From positions 1,229,624-1,293,623 of the forward strand of contig BDGG01000009.1 of NCBI GenBank assembly GCA_001949185.1: a stretch of 64,000 bases of DNA, given 5' to 3'. The position numbers and the translations under genes are program-made. Of this stretch, positions 1-12,397 are shown one piece after another. The notes under the pieces are model-generated. The model worked only from the letters and a program-made list of their open reading frames with translations, searched no databases and was not told the DNA's origin. Positions within the stretch are counted from its first letter, which is position 1. Every line of letters starts with the position of its first letter. Source of the stretch: Ramazzottius varieornatus (Eukaryota > Animalia > Tardigrada).

Positions 1-58
1 GGCTGTGAGTATGTGCCACTTGGCAAGACGATCTGGGTGAAATCATTTGACGATGTCC
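1..58. repeat. Intronic palindromic element, locus 1 (right arm only, cut by window edge)
   Basis: ATGTGCCACTTGGCAAGACGATCTGG...ATTTGACGATGTCC, just upstream of acceptor AG at 79-80. Confidence 0.7.
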
Positions 59-80
59 TGAATAGTCACAATTGTACCAG

Positions 81-3000
81 AAGTATCACAGCATATTCCT
101 CCTATCTTGACGTCGTGGAGGGAGTACACAATGGTTTTCTATTGCAGTGTTGGGACGCTTTCTGCTGGCGTTGCCACAAGAATGTTCCTTTAGCGGAGCA
201 GCATGGATGTCCCAGCTGCGAGCGTTGTTTTCACGACAGTTGCTGGTGGAATGAATCGCCGTATGCCGGTAGCAAGGACCACGGTGCCGAAGCACCCAGT
301 ACGTCTCCTCTGATGGACAACGAAAACGTTGTGGCGGAAGGGGACGAAAGCAGAGACGAAATGGGAAAGCCGTCCGAATGTGTCGAATGCTTCGTTAGTA
401 CAATCCATACAGTCCTTATGTCTCGTATGTTCAAATTCGTTTTGAACTGTTTCTGCTCTTGTAGTCGATGCTGGATGAAAGCAAGAAGGGTGACAGCCCC
501 TACAACCTTCTTGGTCCTGGAAAGTTCAAAGAAATACTGTTGTACATGATGCGCTTTGTCGACGAGCATCTTCAACCGGTGAGTCTCGATTACTTGAGCG
601 AATAGTAAAAGAGCTGCTCATTCTCCTGGCCGATGTTTTATTTGTCTTTTTTCCTTACTCATAGGATCGTGTAAGACCTTTTGCCATTCCCGTCCTGGAA
701 CAGGACGAATGCACGCCTGTCGTGAAAGCAAAATACGCTGAGGTAATCACTCACCCTATGGATCTTCGACAAATCACAAAGGTAGGCAAGCGGAAGTTAC
801 GATAAGGAATTCCCAATGAAGGTTAATTAGGTCCTTCATTCTATCTGAAGAACATAAAGGAGGGGAAATACAGCACAACAGCCAGCTTTGTGGCTGATCT
901 CCGTTGGATCCTGCACAACACCACCATTTTCAATGGCCGTAAGTGCCTGCATGAAAACGATGTCTTTTTGTTTTTGATTTTATAAGAGTTTTGGTGATTC
1001 TTTTTGTAGAGAACAATCGATATACTCGGTCGGCCGTCTACATTGTAGACACGTGTCAGAACCTGTGTTGCAGCTTAGAATGGTGCCCCGAGTGTTTCCT
1101 GAGACAAATGCCCACAGCTAGTGACAACGGAGTGTCGGAAGCCCTGGAACGAGGCATGATTACGCCCTGTTCGAATCCGCACGCCGTCGTCTGGGTCAAA
1201 GCCGAAAAGTTCCCACTATGGCCGGCCATAGTCTACAGATTCAATGGCGGAACAGCCGACGTTCGTTTCTTCGGGGCTTTCGAGTTGTGAGTTTCTTGTT
1301 CCAACTTCCGGTCGTCGTCCAACTAACCGTACCAGACAGGTTATCAATCAAAAAGATGGTTATCTCTCTTTCCTTTCTCAGTGGCACATTCCCAAAGGAA
1401 GCAATTTACCTCTTCAGCAAGAACCCCGTGACGGACAGACGGAAGGGCAAACTCAAGATCGAATATGAAAACGCACTGCGGCAATTCCGGTATGACGACC
1501 ACGAATTGGTTTCAAACCGACTGTGAAACTTATTCATATCTGTCTTTATATGAGTGTTCTGTGCTTGGTAGTCGGCAGACAACCTGGACCAGGTCGTGTT
1601 CCCAAGAGGCGCACGTTTCCAGTGGGAATGGCTAGAGGCATGCGCCACTTGGGAGAACGATCCAAGGATGAGTTCATTTGCCGAGCTCCCATTCGACGAC
1701 ATTTATTAGCACATTTAGACGTTTGGTGTTTTTGTTATAGGCTTCACATAGCCAAGCTTCGAGTGATGAGCACGAAGCAGGTGGTAAGCTATCCGAAGAA
1801 GACACCTTACGACGGTCGTTTGTGGATGTTTCCTGAGGACGAAGACGGCTTACCCTCGCATTCCGAGCTACCTCATTCTGGGGAAGACGAGAACGAAGCT
1901 GTGTCGGTTACGGGGGATGACGCGGCGATAGAGACCGATAACCATCCGCCCAATACCGATGTCTACGACTACACTGAAGAGAAAGCCTCGGACAGCGCTC
2001 CACCTCCTCCGCCAGTTGCCCGAAACAGCAGACTGGAAAGCCTTATCCAGAAAGCCGCTGAGCGCACCAAGAGGGCAGCCAGTGCCGAAAGCGCCTCTTC
2101 TGATAAGTCGGTGAGACATTCGATGTCCTTCTTGTGTTTTAGCGATGCTGCGACAGTGACGATATCCAAAAACCACTGGGCAAATATACTCGCCAAGATG
2201 GCTTTTCAAGGTGGCGCATGCTTGCCGTCAATAACGTTGAAAAGATGCGCCACTTTAGGAAGCAATCAAACACTCGACCAAATCGTTTTCTCAAGTTGCG
2301 CACACGCTCAGCCAGTAACACTGAAACTGCGCCACTTGGAAAAAGGATCTTTGCGAGTTTGTTTGCCAAGGTTCTCAATAACAAATAAGTTAGTATTAGT
2401 ATTTGTGACATTTCGGCTACTGATTGATAACTATTGCTTCTTGATATAGGCCACGACGAGGAAGAAGAGACGGCGAGGGTTAGACAGCGATGAGGTTCCT
2501 GTGGTTAGCCACGAGGCCAGTCATGAAGCTATTGCTGACTTGATACCAGAGGACAACTTGGAGGAGGCGGAAGTGGCAGACGTCGAGTTGATCTCCAGCG
2601 AGCCTATTCCTCAAGTGCCGCTGCCAATTAGCCAGGATATTCTAGTAGATGGTTCGCATAGACTGGATGTGCCTCTGGTTGAGGGAACGAAAGATGAAAC
2701 TGACCTTCCAGCAGAGGAAGTGGAAACTAAGATAGCGGATGTGCCGAGGGAAGAAGTCTTGTTCGTACCGGCCGAGAAGGCTGACTTGAACAAGGACCTT
2801 CCTTCAGTTTCGTCCGACATCAACGCTTCAGGCGAAGGTGAAGCAGAAGAAAAAGAGGTGGTGGAGAAGAGTGAGGCAAGGGAGTTGCCGAAAGACAAAG
2901 AGCAGACAGTCAAGCCGGTCTTCGACGTGAGCGACTCCGAGATGGAGCTGCCGTCCTTTGAGATGCCCGAAGACTCTTTCGATGTCAAACGTCGGGCATC

Positions 3001-5909
3001 CACCGGCAAGCTAGACCTCATGTTGAAGAAGACCGCCAGTCCGGAAAAGAAAGAAGGAGAGGGAAGTTCGGCAAGTCCGAAAGACTCGGAAGCCTCTTCG
3101 GAAACTACTCCAAAGGTAGGTAGTGGTCTTCACTTTGGATTAAAATTTTGTAAATTGATCTGATTTGCATGAATACAATAGCGAGTTCGGCGAGCAGACT
3201 CGACATTTCATTTTTCTATGTGGTGCACGTTGTCAGTGCCTATGGCTGGTAACGTGCGCTTCTTGAAAACGATCGTTTCGAGCTTGATCGTTTTCTTAAG
3301 TGGCGCACATTTCAGTAATATAAGGTGGTAAGGTGCGCCACCTGGAAAGCGATCTTGTCAGATCAGGTCCCCATTTTCTTGACCTGATTGGAATCACTCC
3401 CAGCAGTGAATTTTTTCTCGTGATGGTGATTGAAGGGTTTGTTTCAGGTTAATGAGAAACGTCCTGTGGCTGAGCCTTCCACTGCCAAGTCTGTTCTTCA
3501 CGAAGCACTGGTCAGGCCCTTCAACGCACATCGCGATTTGATACAGGGTGTGGGGTTGAGAAGAGCCAAGCCAAGTCCTAGTCTGTCGATGGCCGGTACG
3601 CAGAGCCACCTTATCGTGGCACTGGGTGCGTCAGCCAAGACGGCTACTTCGTCGGACAGCCCCACTCCGACGGATCAAGCTGGGAGGATGGCTTCTTCAC
3701 CAAGTGCCGAGTCTAGTTCCTCCAGTAGCCCAAGAGAAGAGGTCCTGGGCAGACTGCTGGCAACTGCGGGGGAAGCACAGCGGAAGGCCCCGTCAGTCGT
3801 CCCTGCTGTTCGCACTCAACCCGTGACAGTGACGCAACCGCGACCTATCCTTCCCAAGGTGGACAATAGCCCGACGGAAGCTACTCGTGTTCCCGATGGA
3901 CGACGCATCAACGCCCTGTCGGACCAACTGAACCTCAGCGCTGCCAGAAATGCTCAGGCTCGCAGCCTTCGAATACCCGGTGAGCCAGAAAGGACAAAAA
4001 ATATGAAATAATAATAAAATGAATGACTTAATAAATCGAAATAACGGTGGTGTCTCTTCCAGAGTCGTCGTCCACGCCGTCGAACCTTCAGAGATCCCTT
4101 CTAGCTCGTTCGCTGAACGCTCCTCCGGGCACACGCTTGACTTTGCCCAACAGCTTCGCCAACGGGTCCTCACCTTCGACCTCGCGAGTGGCGATTAACG
4201 GCAACTCGGAAGAAGCAGCTCGTTCCTCCTCACCACTGACCGCCCAGCTGTCCCATAATCTGTCCACAATGCGCAACCTACTGGCGCAGCGCTCGACCGG
4301 CTCTCCGGGCCTTCAAACGGCGCACGAAGCTTCGCGGAACTCACCCGTCGCTGCCATCGCCCATTCCAATGCAGCCGGGCAGTCAGCTGCTACGACAGCT
4401 AAGAACAGAACCAGTCCAACAGGCGGCTTGCAGTCTGTCATGCAATCAGAATCCATCCAATCGGTAAGGTTTTCCTTCACACTTGGCTCGTCGGCCAATG
4501 ACTCTACCAGATCGTTTTCCCAAGTGCGCACACATCCGGCCCATAACAATGAGAACGTGCGCCGGTTGAGGTAACGTCCTTGTTCGAGGCGTGTGCCGAC
4601 GTTCAAAATTGTTCTGCAGTTTCGTTTTGTTTATTAATTCATCCATGGTGTTTTTTTCTTGTCTGACAGCAAATCGAACTCTTTTTACGGAACACCAAGA
4701 AGCTGGTTAAGGACAAGCGGGTGGAAGGAGCAGAGACGACTCGAGAAATCTCGCGCGCCAACGCAGAATGCATCCGCTTCATGCAAGATGCTCATCTGAA
4801 GAGCCTGCAAGCATCTGACAGGACCATACAGGATCTTCAAGAGGTATCGATAGCCTATTAAAATCTGTGTGTGTACTGCATGAAGATACCATTTGGGCCG
4901 TCCCCAAAAAAATCACCCCGATCGTTTTCCAAAGCGGCGCTCACTGTCAGCTAGTAACACTGAAAACATGCGCCACTTGAATAACGATCTGGGCGAGCCC
5001 ATTTTGCCGACGTCCCATTTCTCCATAGTTTCTCCATAGTTTTTAGCCTTTCACGCATATGTTTGCTTTTCAGACTTTGGAACAATCCGTACGGAAGTTC
5101 GAGTTGCTGTTTATGGTTCTGCAGAATGAGACGGAATTTTCACAAAGTAAGTTTCCGTAGTTACGCAAGACTGTTTCTCCTCTTCTAAGGTAAAACCCTT
5201 GGCTGTCTTGTTTCAGAAGCCAAAGTACTCGAGGTATCGCGAATGAAGGATCTGGAACGGCAACGAGCGATTGCGACAGCTAAACGGACACTATGGGTGC
5301 GTGACTTTATCAGGGTTCATATATTATCATCTGACTCGTTACAATTTTGGCTCAGTCGGCTTCTAAATTTTATCTTGAGTTATCCAAAATCTTTTCCTGT
5401 GCTCACATCGTTGTTCATGCCAGCAGTTAGTTGATTCAAATATGATGCATTTCTTGATCGTTCAGACTCAATTTCAGTTTCCTTTCACATGGTCGTGTAG
5501 GCTAAAAGCGAGCCACTTTGAATATAACTTGCTGCGACTCTTTTCTATCATTCTGACATCTTGTTCTTTTTCTTGACAGTGCTGCGTTTGCCAGAAGCGG
5601 GCAAAGTTAATCTGCTGTGGCGTGACTCTGTACTGCAGCGAGACTTGTCAGATGAACAACTCGCCGCTACACCTCATACACTGTCATCGCAACCCGGAAG
5701 CCCATGGAGACGGCGACGTCAACGTCTACACACCCTACGGCCAACTCAGACGCTGCGCAGCCCCAGCCGCTGGCCCAGAAGAGGAGGAAGACGCTCTCGA
5801 AGGCGATGGTGGTAACGCTCAGCCGACCGGAAGTTCCATACAGACTAACGGCTGGGACCCCAGGAGTTCTCGAGTCAGTATCCAGGAAGAGGATACTGCG
5901 AACGATTAA
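81..5909 (+). CDS. ZMYND8: ZMYND8/RACK7/PRKCBP1-like chromatin reader (PHD-Bromo-PWWP ... coiled coil-MYND); multi-exon, 5' end lies before the window
   Basis: Spliced exons give PHD (CWRCH...CPSCERCFHDSC...CVEC), bromodomain (PFAIPV...YAEVITHPMDL...FVADLRWILHNTTIFNG), CPEC...PCSNPHAVVWVKAEKFPLWPA...DVRFFG (PWWP) and C-terminal KRTLW|CCVCQKRAKLICCGVTLYCSETCQ (MYND). GT-AG introns e.g. 394-464, 579-664, 782-850. Stop TAA 5907-5909. Confidence 0.88.
1571..1690. repeat. Intronic palindromic element, locus 2 (1 unit)
   Basis: GGTCGTGTTCCCAAGAGGCGCAC-25 nt-ATGCGCCACTTGGGAGAACGATCC in ZMYND8 intron ~1490-1740. Confidence 0.9.
2179..2372. repeat. Intronic palindromic element, locus 3 (2 tandem units)
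   Basis: Two GGCGCAY/TGCGCAC...TGCGCCACTT cores in ZMYND8 intron ~2111-2449. Confidence 0.88.
3183..3372. repeat. Intronic palindromic element, locus 4 (2 tandem units)
   Basis: GTGGTGCAC-25-GTGCGCTTCTTG and AAGTGGCGCAC-24-GTGCGCCACCTGG in ZMYND8 intron ~3116-3447. Confidence 0.88.
4485..4604. repeat. Intronic palindromic element, locus 5 (1 unit)
   Basis: GATCGTTTTCCCAAGTGCGCAC-25-GTGCGCCGGTTG in ZMYND8 intron ~4464-4669. Confidence 0.88.
4895..5016. repeat. Intronic palindromic element, locus 6 (1 unit)
   Basis: GATCGTTTTCCAAAGCGGCGCTC-25-ATGCGCCACTTGAATAACGATC in ZMYND8 intron ~4844-5073. Confidence 0.88.
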
Positions 5910-6344
5910 GGCTAAGACTTTTTCCTGTTAGGCTCGCTTTAGGTCCACTCTTGCTTCTTTCATCTAATTTCCAACCTGAATTTATGATGGCACAGAACAG
6001 CTTTGTATGATATGGTGTATCATACTCTTGTTTTTTTTCTGCTTTAGGAATTTGTAATTTATGATTTTTTGATCTTGTTACACAGCTTAGAACCGTACTC
6101 AGCGCATTCACCGCATTGCTACAGCCGGTTCTTAGTTGGGGACTTTACGTTGTCGTCTTTTCTTCTCAGATTGCGCATGGGCGCAGTGGACTTTTTCATT
6201 TAGTCGCTCATCGCCAGAAAATTAATACTTCCGGTACGATCCTCTTCTGGCCCGTTAGTGCGCAGTGAAAATCACGGACTCTATCACGTTCCCGCTTCGG
6301 ATTTTATGAAGTGGGAAAATAATGGTCAAAATATGGAATCTCGA

Positions 6345-6446
6345 TGGGCAGACAGGCTCGACAAAATGGTCTGTCGAAGTGGCGCACGCTTCCAGTCAAT
6401 AAGACTTGAGGAACGGAAAGCTATTTTGTCGAATTTTTTTGCCGCG
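6345..6446. repeat. Palindromic element, locus 7 (internally deleted; the only copy not in a recognised intron)
   Basis: GGGCAGACAGGCTCGACAAAATGG...AAGTGGCGCACGCTTCCAGTCAATAAG...TTTTGTCGAA...TTTGCCG; right core missing. Confidence 0.7.
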
Positions 6447-7763
6447 CGCGCATATGGTACCATCTAGACCTAGAACCTGGCAGAACAAGCTCGTACTGGT
6501 TGTTGCATGCTGACGAGAAGAACCGCCGTCGCGAAAGTTGCAACCGAAGTCACAGAAACCTGTTTTCACGGGGTTGCATATGCAACACATATTTACAGCC
6601 CAGAAATTTGGCAAGAAGCGTAATTTATTACCATAATGACTGTCATTAAGTTCCCCGTGCGTTACATGCCAGAGTTGCTTCTTGGCAGACAGACATTTTT
6701 CCCACATGATACACCTTTGTCGATCTCGAGCATGTGTCACGAGCCACGATCTGACGAACTGTGGAATTTACAGTATGGAGTGACTGCTCATGTAGGAAAG
6801 TGTCACGTAGCATATCAGATGTGGAAATTTGGCATGCATGAAGTGACGCTTCTGGGTACTTCGGGTTCTGTGGGCTTCGGTATGGCGACTTCCAGCTTCC
6901 AGCATATACCAAAGGACCTCAAATCAGGGCTGCTCAGTTGATAAAGCTACGAGTATCGAGCATCTCGGTTCAGACAGAGCTAGACTGACATGCGTTGCTT
7001 TTGGCCTACGCCAGGTCTGGACTTTGAACTTCTCTGGGTTCCCAGCCAACACAATTTGAGTCATTGGACCGTTCCGCGTGGGAAAACCCAATCTGAAAAA
7101 GTGAATCTCACGTGCTTTGATTCTTCGTCTAGTTTTATCTGATTCAGACATGCCGTCACATGTTTTCACGATGGAAAATGATGATACGGTGGAACCCGAC
7201 TTCCTCTTCGGAATTAAAGAGAGTGTCAGATGGGCGTACACTTTTTACAGGCCTAAAGGTCCAGTCTGGACTGAATCGCAAAAAATTTTGATTGTTTTCA
7301 CGACAAACGCTGGGTCGCACTACGGGAGAAGTCCTTATCCCAAAAACCAAGCTGATCTTTGTCGGTGAACACCGTCTGACCAAACTTCGCCGCAATTCCT
7401 CCCGTAATGAAGGCCCTGCTGCTGTATGGTACTGTATGCAGCAAAATACACAAGGTACAGTACTTGCCACTCTCGCCAAGGTACTGTAAATTTATTGTTG
7501 GCGATCCAGTCAACCGTCTACTGACATCATTGTGGCTCCTTCCAAGACTCAAAACTGTCACGAAGGTAGATATTAGCTACTGTAACGTCACCGCTGCTGT
7601 AAGATGCGGAATGTTGCGAGGCCAAGTTTTTCGCTGCATGAATATTGGCACCACACGTGCATTAATGTTGCCGAGTGCGCCTTGCTCGAAGATTGTTAGA
7701 TCTGTGTCCAACTCGCAAACAACAGTAACTAGCCAATGTCAGCATACTATAAGAAATCTTATA

Positions 7764-8651
7764 CAGTCACTGTCATTGGTCATGGCCACCCCATAGTTTT
7801 CCTTCGCTCCATCACATCTTTCGATCCCGTTGTCCGATTCCCGATCTTCAAAAACTACCATGTAGGAGACTCTTTGGAATTTCCGGTCACGTGACAGACC
7901 GGTCCCCTTTTCAACCGATCAACCGTAAGCGTTGCTGGTTCGGGCCAGGAAATAGGGGTGATTTTTGGCTCTCGCTCCCACGTCCCGTCACAGGTCGATG
8001 GAAAAGCCAAAACGGCCAGAATGTAGCAGAAACATTCTTCTGTCGACTTCACTAAGGAATTTCCAGTAAAATTTTCTCACAAAAACTTTCTGTATGTGGT
8101 CTTTTTATACGAGCTCGTTTTGCCACATGTTCTATGGACAAAATCGTTCCGCCACGAGTATCTTTCGACGAGATCATCCTCTGTGGACAAAACTGTTATC
8201 TACAAATACCACCGAGATGCCTCCCGAACAAGCACAGTTTCGGCGTATAAGCTGTACAAACGGGAAAGAAATAAAACGAAGAATCAAACTTGCCCGGGAA
8301 AGTGAGCAGCAGAGCCGATACGGGAACTTTTAGTGGGAAATTTTTACTGGAAATTCCTGTTAGTGAATTCAATAGAATAATGTTTCTGCTACATTCTGGC
8401 CATTTTGGCTTTTCCATCGACCTGTCAGCGGACGTGGGAGCGAGAGCCAAAAATCACCCTTATTTCCTGGCCCGAACCAGCAACGCTTACGGTTGACCGG
8501 TTGAAAAGAGGACCAGTCTGTCACGTGATCGGAAAGTCCAAAGAGTCTCCTACATAGTGCTTTTTGAAGATCGAGAATCGGACAACGGTATCGAAAGATA
8601 TGATGGAGCGAAGGAAAACTATGGGGTGGCCATGACCAATGACAGTGACAG
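7764..8651. mobile_element. Non-autonomous Tc1/mariner-type foldback element, ~330-bp terminal inverted repeats
   Basis: TA|CAGTCACTGTCATTGGTCATGG ... CCATGACCAATGACAGTGACAG|TA; 7764-~8095 is the reverse complement of ~8315-8651; TA target duplication. Confidence 0.88.
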
Positions 8652-8908
8652 TACGTCAAATGCCGTGGGCAAATGTGGACCCGGTTAATGACTTGTGTGT
8701 GATATTGTTGTCTCGTACAGTCGTAGATCTCGAGCACCCTATGTTACCATGAGTAGCTTGCCGCCTCGGTAGTAACATTCAGCAGAGGAAGAACAGTCGT
8801 TTGAGCATGTTTTAGGCGAAATGTAAACCTATTGCTTCACATCTGATATATATCAAATATTCTTCGTGTGAAAATACAGTAATATCCGCGAAAAGCGCTG
8901 TATTTAAC

Positions 8909-11900
8909 ATGGAAGATCCTGCTGGTTCTCCGATCTCCGCGCTTCAAGCTCGACCGATACAGAAGACCAACAATCATCCGGAAAACGATTTGGCAGTAGA
9001 CCAGCCTCTTAACGGGCAGGAGTACAGTCTTTCCCGGTTGATTACCCTCGTCAGCCACGCGGTAGGAGCAGAGGCTTGTGTTGTGCGCGGGATTCTCCGA
9101 AGATGACAGAGTACAAGTACAACTTTATTACCATTGCAGAAAACGGACCCATTCTGCTGGTACTGCCACTCAGAGGTCGCTCAAACGGATCAAAGTCGCT
9201 GTCCGGAATGCTGTCGTCTCTTCCACAGTCATTGCTGGACGGAGTTGCGTTCTCTACTTGAGAAGTCCCCTCAGTACGCCAGCGCTAGCGGTGGGCAACG
9301 GATAGACATCTGCGTCGAATGTTGGGTAAGTGGACGTCTTGACTGACTTCCGGCTACAAGCTTTGTAGGCTGAAACGCAGCCTTAGGTATCTCGTCTGAA
9401 TGGCTGAAGTGAACTTGGCGCAGTACGCAGTCTGTACGCGTTGCGTCTATTGAATGCAGGGAACTTTCGAGGAACAACACAAGATGGACTGCTTGATATC
9501 CAAGTTGGGAGCCGAACGAACGCGCAGGTTCTTTTTCTACATGATCAACTTTGTTCATGACAAATTACAGATGGTACGTTGCGCTCCAAAACCTTCGGCC
9601 ATACTCCGGCAGCCTCGATGACTATTCTTCTTCTAAACTTGTACTTCGGCTCGTAGGAAAATGCTGGGCCTTTCTCGAAACCTGACCATGGACCCGAATG
9701 TATTGAAGTGGTCTGCCCGTTCGCGCTCCAAGTTATCCAAGAGGTAAACGATCGGGATTCATCCCAGCTAGCGTGTTCCTTGTTTACCGCTTCCTTTTTT
9801 TATCCACGTGCAGAGAACTGCCAATGACCAATACTCCACCTGCTCCGATTTCCTTTCGGAACTGCGAGGACTGGCCCATCGAAGTATCGTGGTTCATGGC
9901 GGTAGGTCCGTTTCTGTGGCGTCAGCCGCCTATTGACGAAGATAAGACCCTTTCATCCTTGTAGAAAACAGCGGTTACACAAGAGCGGCAAAATACATTC
10001 TGAGTACTTGCGTGCAGCTGTGTGGTAGCATGGAATGGTGCGACGAATGTTTCGAACGAGCTTATCCGCGGGACAAAGAACCTTTTGGTGCGGCCATCCT
10101 TCGGGCAGTCGTTGAACCGTGCGTATGTGACCTTGTATGCTAATCGGAGGTTGGCAAATATTAATTAATTAATAAACTTTATTTGTCCATGAGAAGCCAG
10201 GCTTTTCGTAATATGACAAAAAATTTGAATGATTCGCCGGAAGAGGCATGGGCATCAAAAACAACTGTATTTTTAAATTCTCAATTCAAACAATCAAAAG
10301 CGCATCGATATTTAAATTTAAGGATAAATTCACCCAGATCGGTTTCTCAAGTGGTGCACCGTCTCAGCTGATTACACCGGAAATGTGCGCCACTTGAGAA
10401 GATGATCAGTCTCGACAAAGCCTTTCCCCGAGTGGCTCACGCTCTCAGCCAACAACACTGAAAACGTGCGCCACTTGGTTCTCAACTACGCTCTTGCACT
10501 TCCGGCTGTACCTCGTGCTTAAAACGTCGGCAAATCATATCGCCCATATCGTCATAACCAAGTGAGAGTGTTATGTCTCCCTTATAGTCTAGGCTCCACA
10601 CCGTAGCTTGTGTTTCGATTCGGGGAGCTCTGTGGCCGGTGTTAGTACTTGCACGCCGCAATGATTTCTTCCACGTTCGGTTCTTCGGCTCCCTAGAACT
10701 GTAAATACGATTGATTGAAAATCAAATTACCCTCCGTTAACTTTTGGTCAAGTCACCTCTTGCCGTAGTGGTCGCATTCACAAGTCTTTGATGTTTCACC
10801 TGACCGAAGATTTTGAACTGGACGGATCATGGCCGGAAGCACTAGATCCAAAACAAGGAAATAACTCGGCCTATCAGAATGCTATTCGACAATGTCGGTG
10901 CGTGCTCCTCGAATTTATACACAGGAATTTCGATGATTTCACGATGATCGATTGATATCCCATTGATGTCCCGTCCTTAGCTTGCATATCAGCAAGTTGC
11001 TTCTCCGGTCGAAATCTAAAGTCAACTTTTGCCCAAGCTTGACGCCGTTCGATGGACGGCTGACTGTGCGATGCACTGCACCAAATGGTCCATCCGTCAT
11101 ACGTCAAGGTTCTACACCACCTCGTCCAATCGACATCTCCAGCCTACCACCAAAGCGCAAGTCTCCCGAGCCGGAAGTGCAAGAGCTTCCACTACCACCA
11201 GTCCCGTCACCAAAACAGAGAGCAGGGTACACCAGAGACTTTGTAGTAACAAAGAGCATCTTCTATCCACCGAAGACTGAGGTCCCTCAACCAGCGCTTT
11301 CCCACGGAGTTCCGGTTAGCACTGCTGCGACCACCGGTGCGCGTGTTAATGTGGGTGCTTTTAACACAGTCCAGCAGCAAGTACCAAGTGCGTCCAGACT
11401 CGCATCAAGGAATTTCCTATATTCCAGCCGCAAGTCTTTGCCTCGGCGTTTCCCTAACCTTGCTGAAACCAAGAAAACTGGTAGCACCAAAACTCTGAAT
11501 ACCACCATAAACAGAGTTGAACTACCGGAAGTACTGCCTCTGACCAACGTCCTTCACGCAGATACCGTCTCAGAGGATAAGGAAACCCCGATAGATCAAG
11601 GCTATCCCGACGACCAAGTCCGGATGCCGCAAGATGAAGACTTCCTGTACCACTCGGAATTTGCCACCGCTGCAGTCGGCAGGCTCAACGATACAACCGA
11701 AGCATTTCCATCGGAAGCCAGCAGTGTTAGCCTTGGTCAGGTACTCTGCCGAGGAGCACAGTCTCCCGATTTAGTTCCACCCGGTAACCTTACTTCAGAG
11801 CAGACTCACCAGACAGCGCTGCGGAAGCGACCTTCTAACAAAGCACCATCTGATCTTATCGGCGCCCCTTGTGGAGAACCTGCCCTAGCGGATACACGTC

Positions 11901-12261
11901 CGTTCGCCGAGTACATATCCAGTGAGATCAGAAGGATAGCAAGCCTGCAAGAAGAAGAAACAAAACTGATCCAGGAGAATCTGGTACAAATCAACGAAGA
12001 ATTTACTGCCAAGATGACCAACCTGCGGAATGACCTTGTATCGATGAACAAGAGGCGGTTAGAACAGATGGAGAAAGTTAGTCAATGTACCTGCACTACT
12101 GCAGGACTAATCTTTCATCGCAGCTTTACAAACGAGATCTAATTTCTTCTTTGCAGGTAGTCAATACCGCGGTCACATTGCTGTCAAACCATCGAGTTCC
12201 GGCAAGAGTCGACCCGGCTTCGACGGGATCAACTTTCAGAAGACGACAAGATATACTGTAG
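8909..12261 (+). CDS. Diverged ZMYND8-like tandem paralog (PHD, degenerate Bromo, degenerate PWWP, C-terminal coiled coil, no MYND)
   Basis: Spliced exons: KTDPFCWYCH...CPECCRLFHSHC...CVECW; FFFYMINFVHDKLQM; GPFSKP...PFALQVIQE; FLSELRGLAHRSIVVHG; ENSGYTRAAKYILSTC...WCDECF; LWPV...HVRFFGSLEL. Several intron positions match the upstream gene. Start codon and first intron less certain. Stop TAG 12259-12261. Confidence 0.75.
10331..10478. repeat. Intronic palindromic element, locus 8 (2 tandem units)
   Basis: CAAGTGGTGCAC-25-GTGCGCCACTTG and GAGTGGCTCAC-25-GTGCGCCACTTG in paralog intron ~10123-10587. Confidence 0.9.
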
Positions 12262-12299
12262 CTCAGCTGGCTGCGCTACAGTATATCTTGGCGTCTTCT
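12238..12299. other. Near-perfect stem-loop overlapping the paralog stop codon
   Basis: AGAAGACG-A-CAAGATATACTGTAGC / GCTACAGTATATCTTG-G-CGTCTTCT: 8+16 bp stem with a ~12-nt loop. Confidence 0.8.
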
Positions 12300-12397
12300 T
12301 GATTCCTCCAAGAACGCTCCTACGTAAATCTTACGTAGGCAGTATTCTTTTGTTGATTTTGCACTTTTTTGGTAGAGAAGTTAGAAAAATGCTGGTA

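Noticed and set aside
1523-2449. ORF-track peptides such as SSGARF / CATWEND / KRAPLGKT recurring in many ORFs as a protein repeat
   Set aside because: They are translations of the intronic palindrome where ORFs run through introns, and they are removed in the spliced models.
6258-7760. ORFs 6636-6941, 7117-7368 and 7407-7796 as a gene
   Set aside because: No recognisable domain or consistent splice model by eye; possibly a decayed gene but unsupported.
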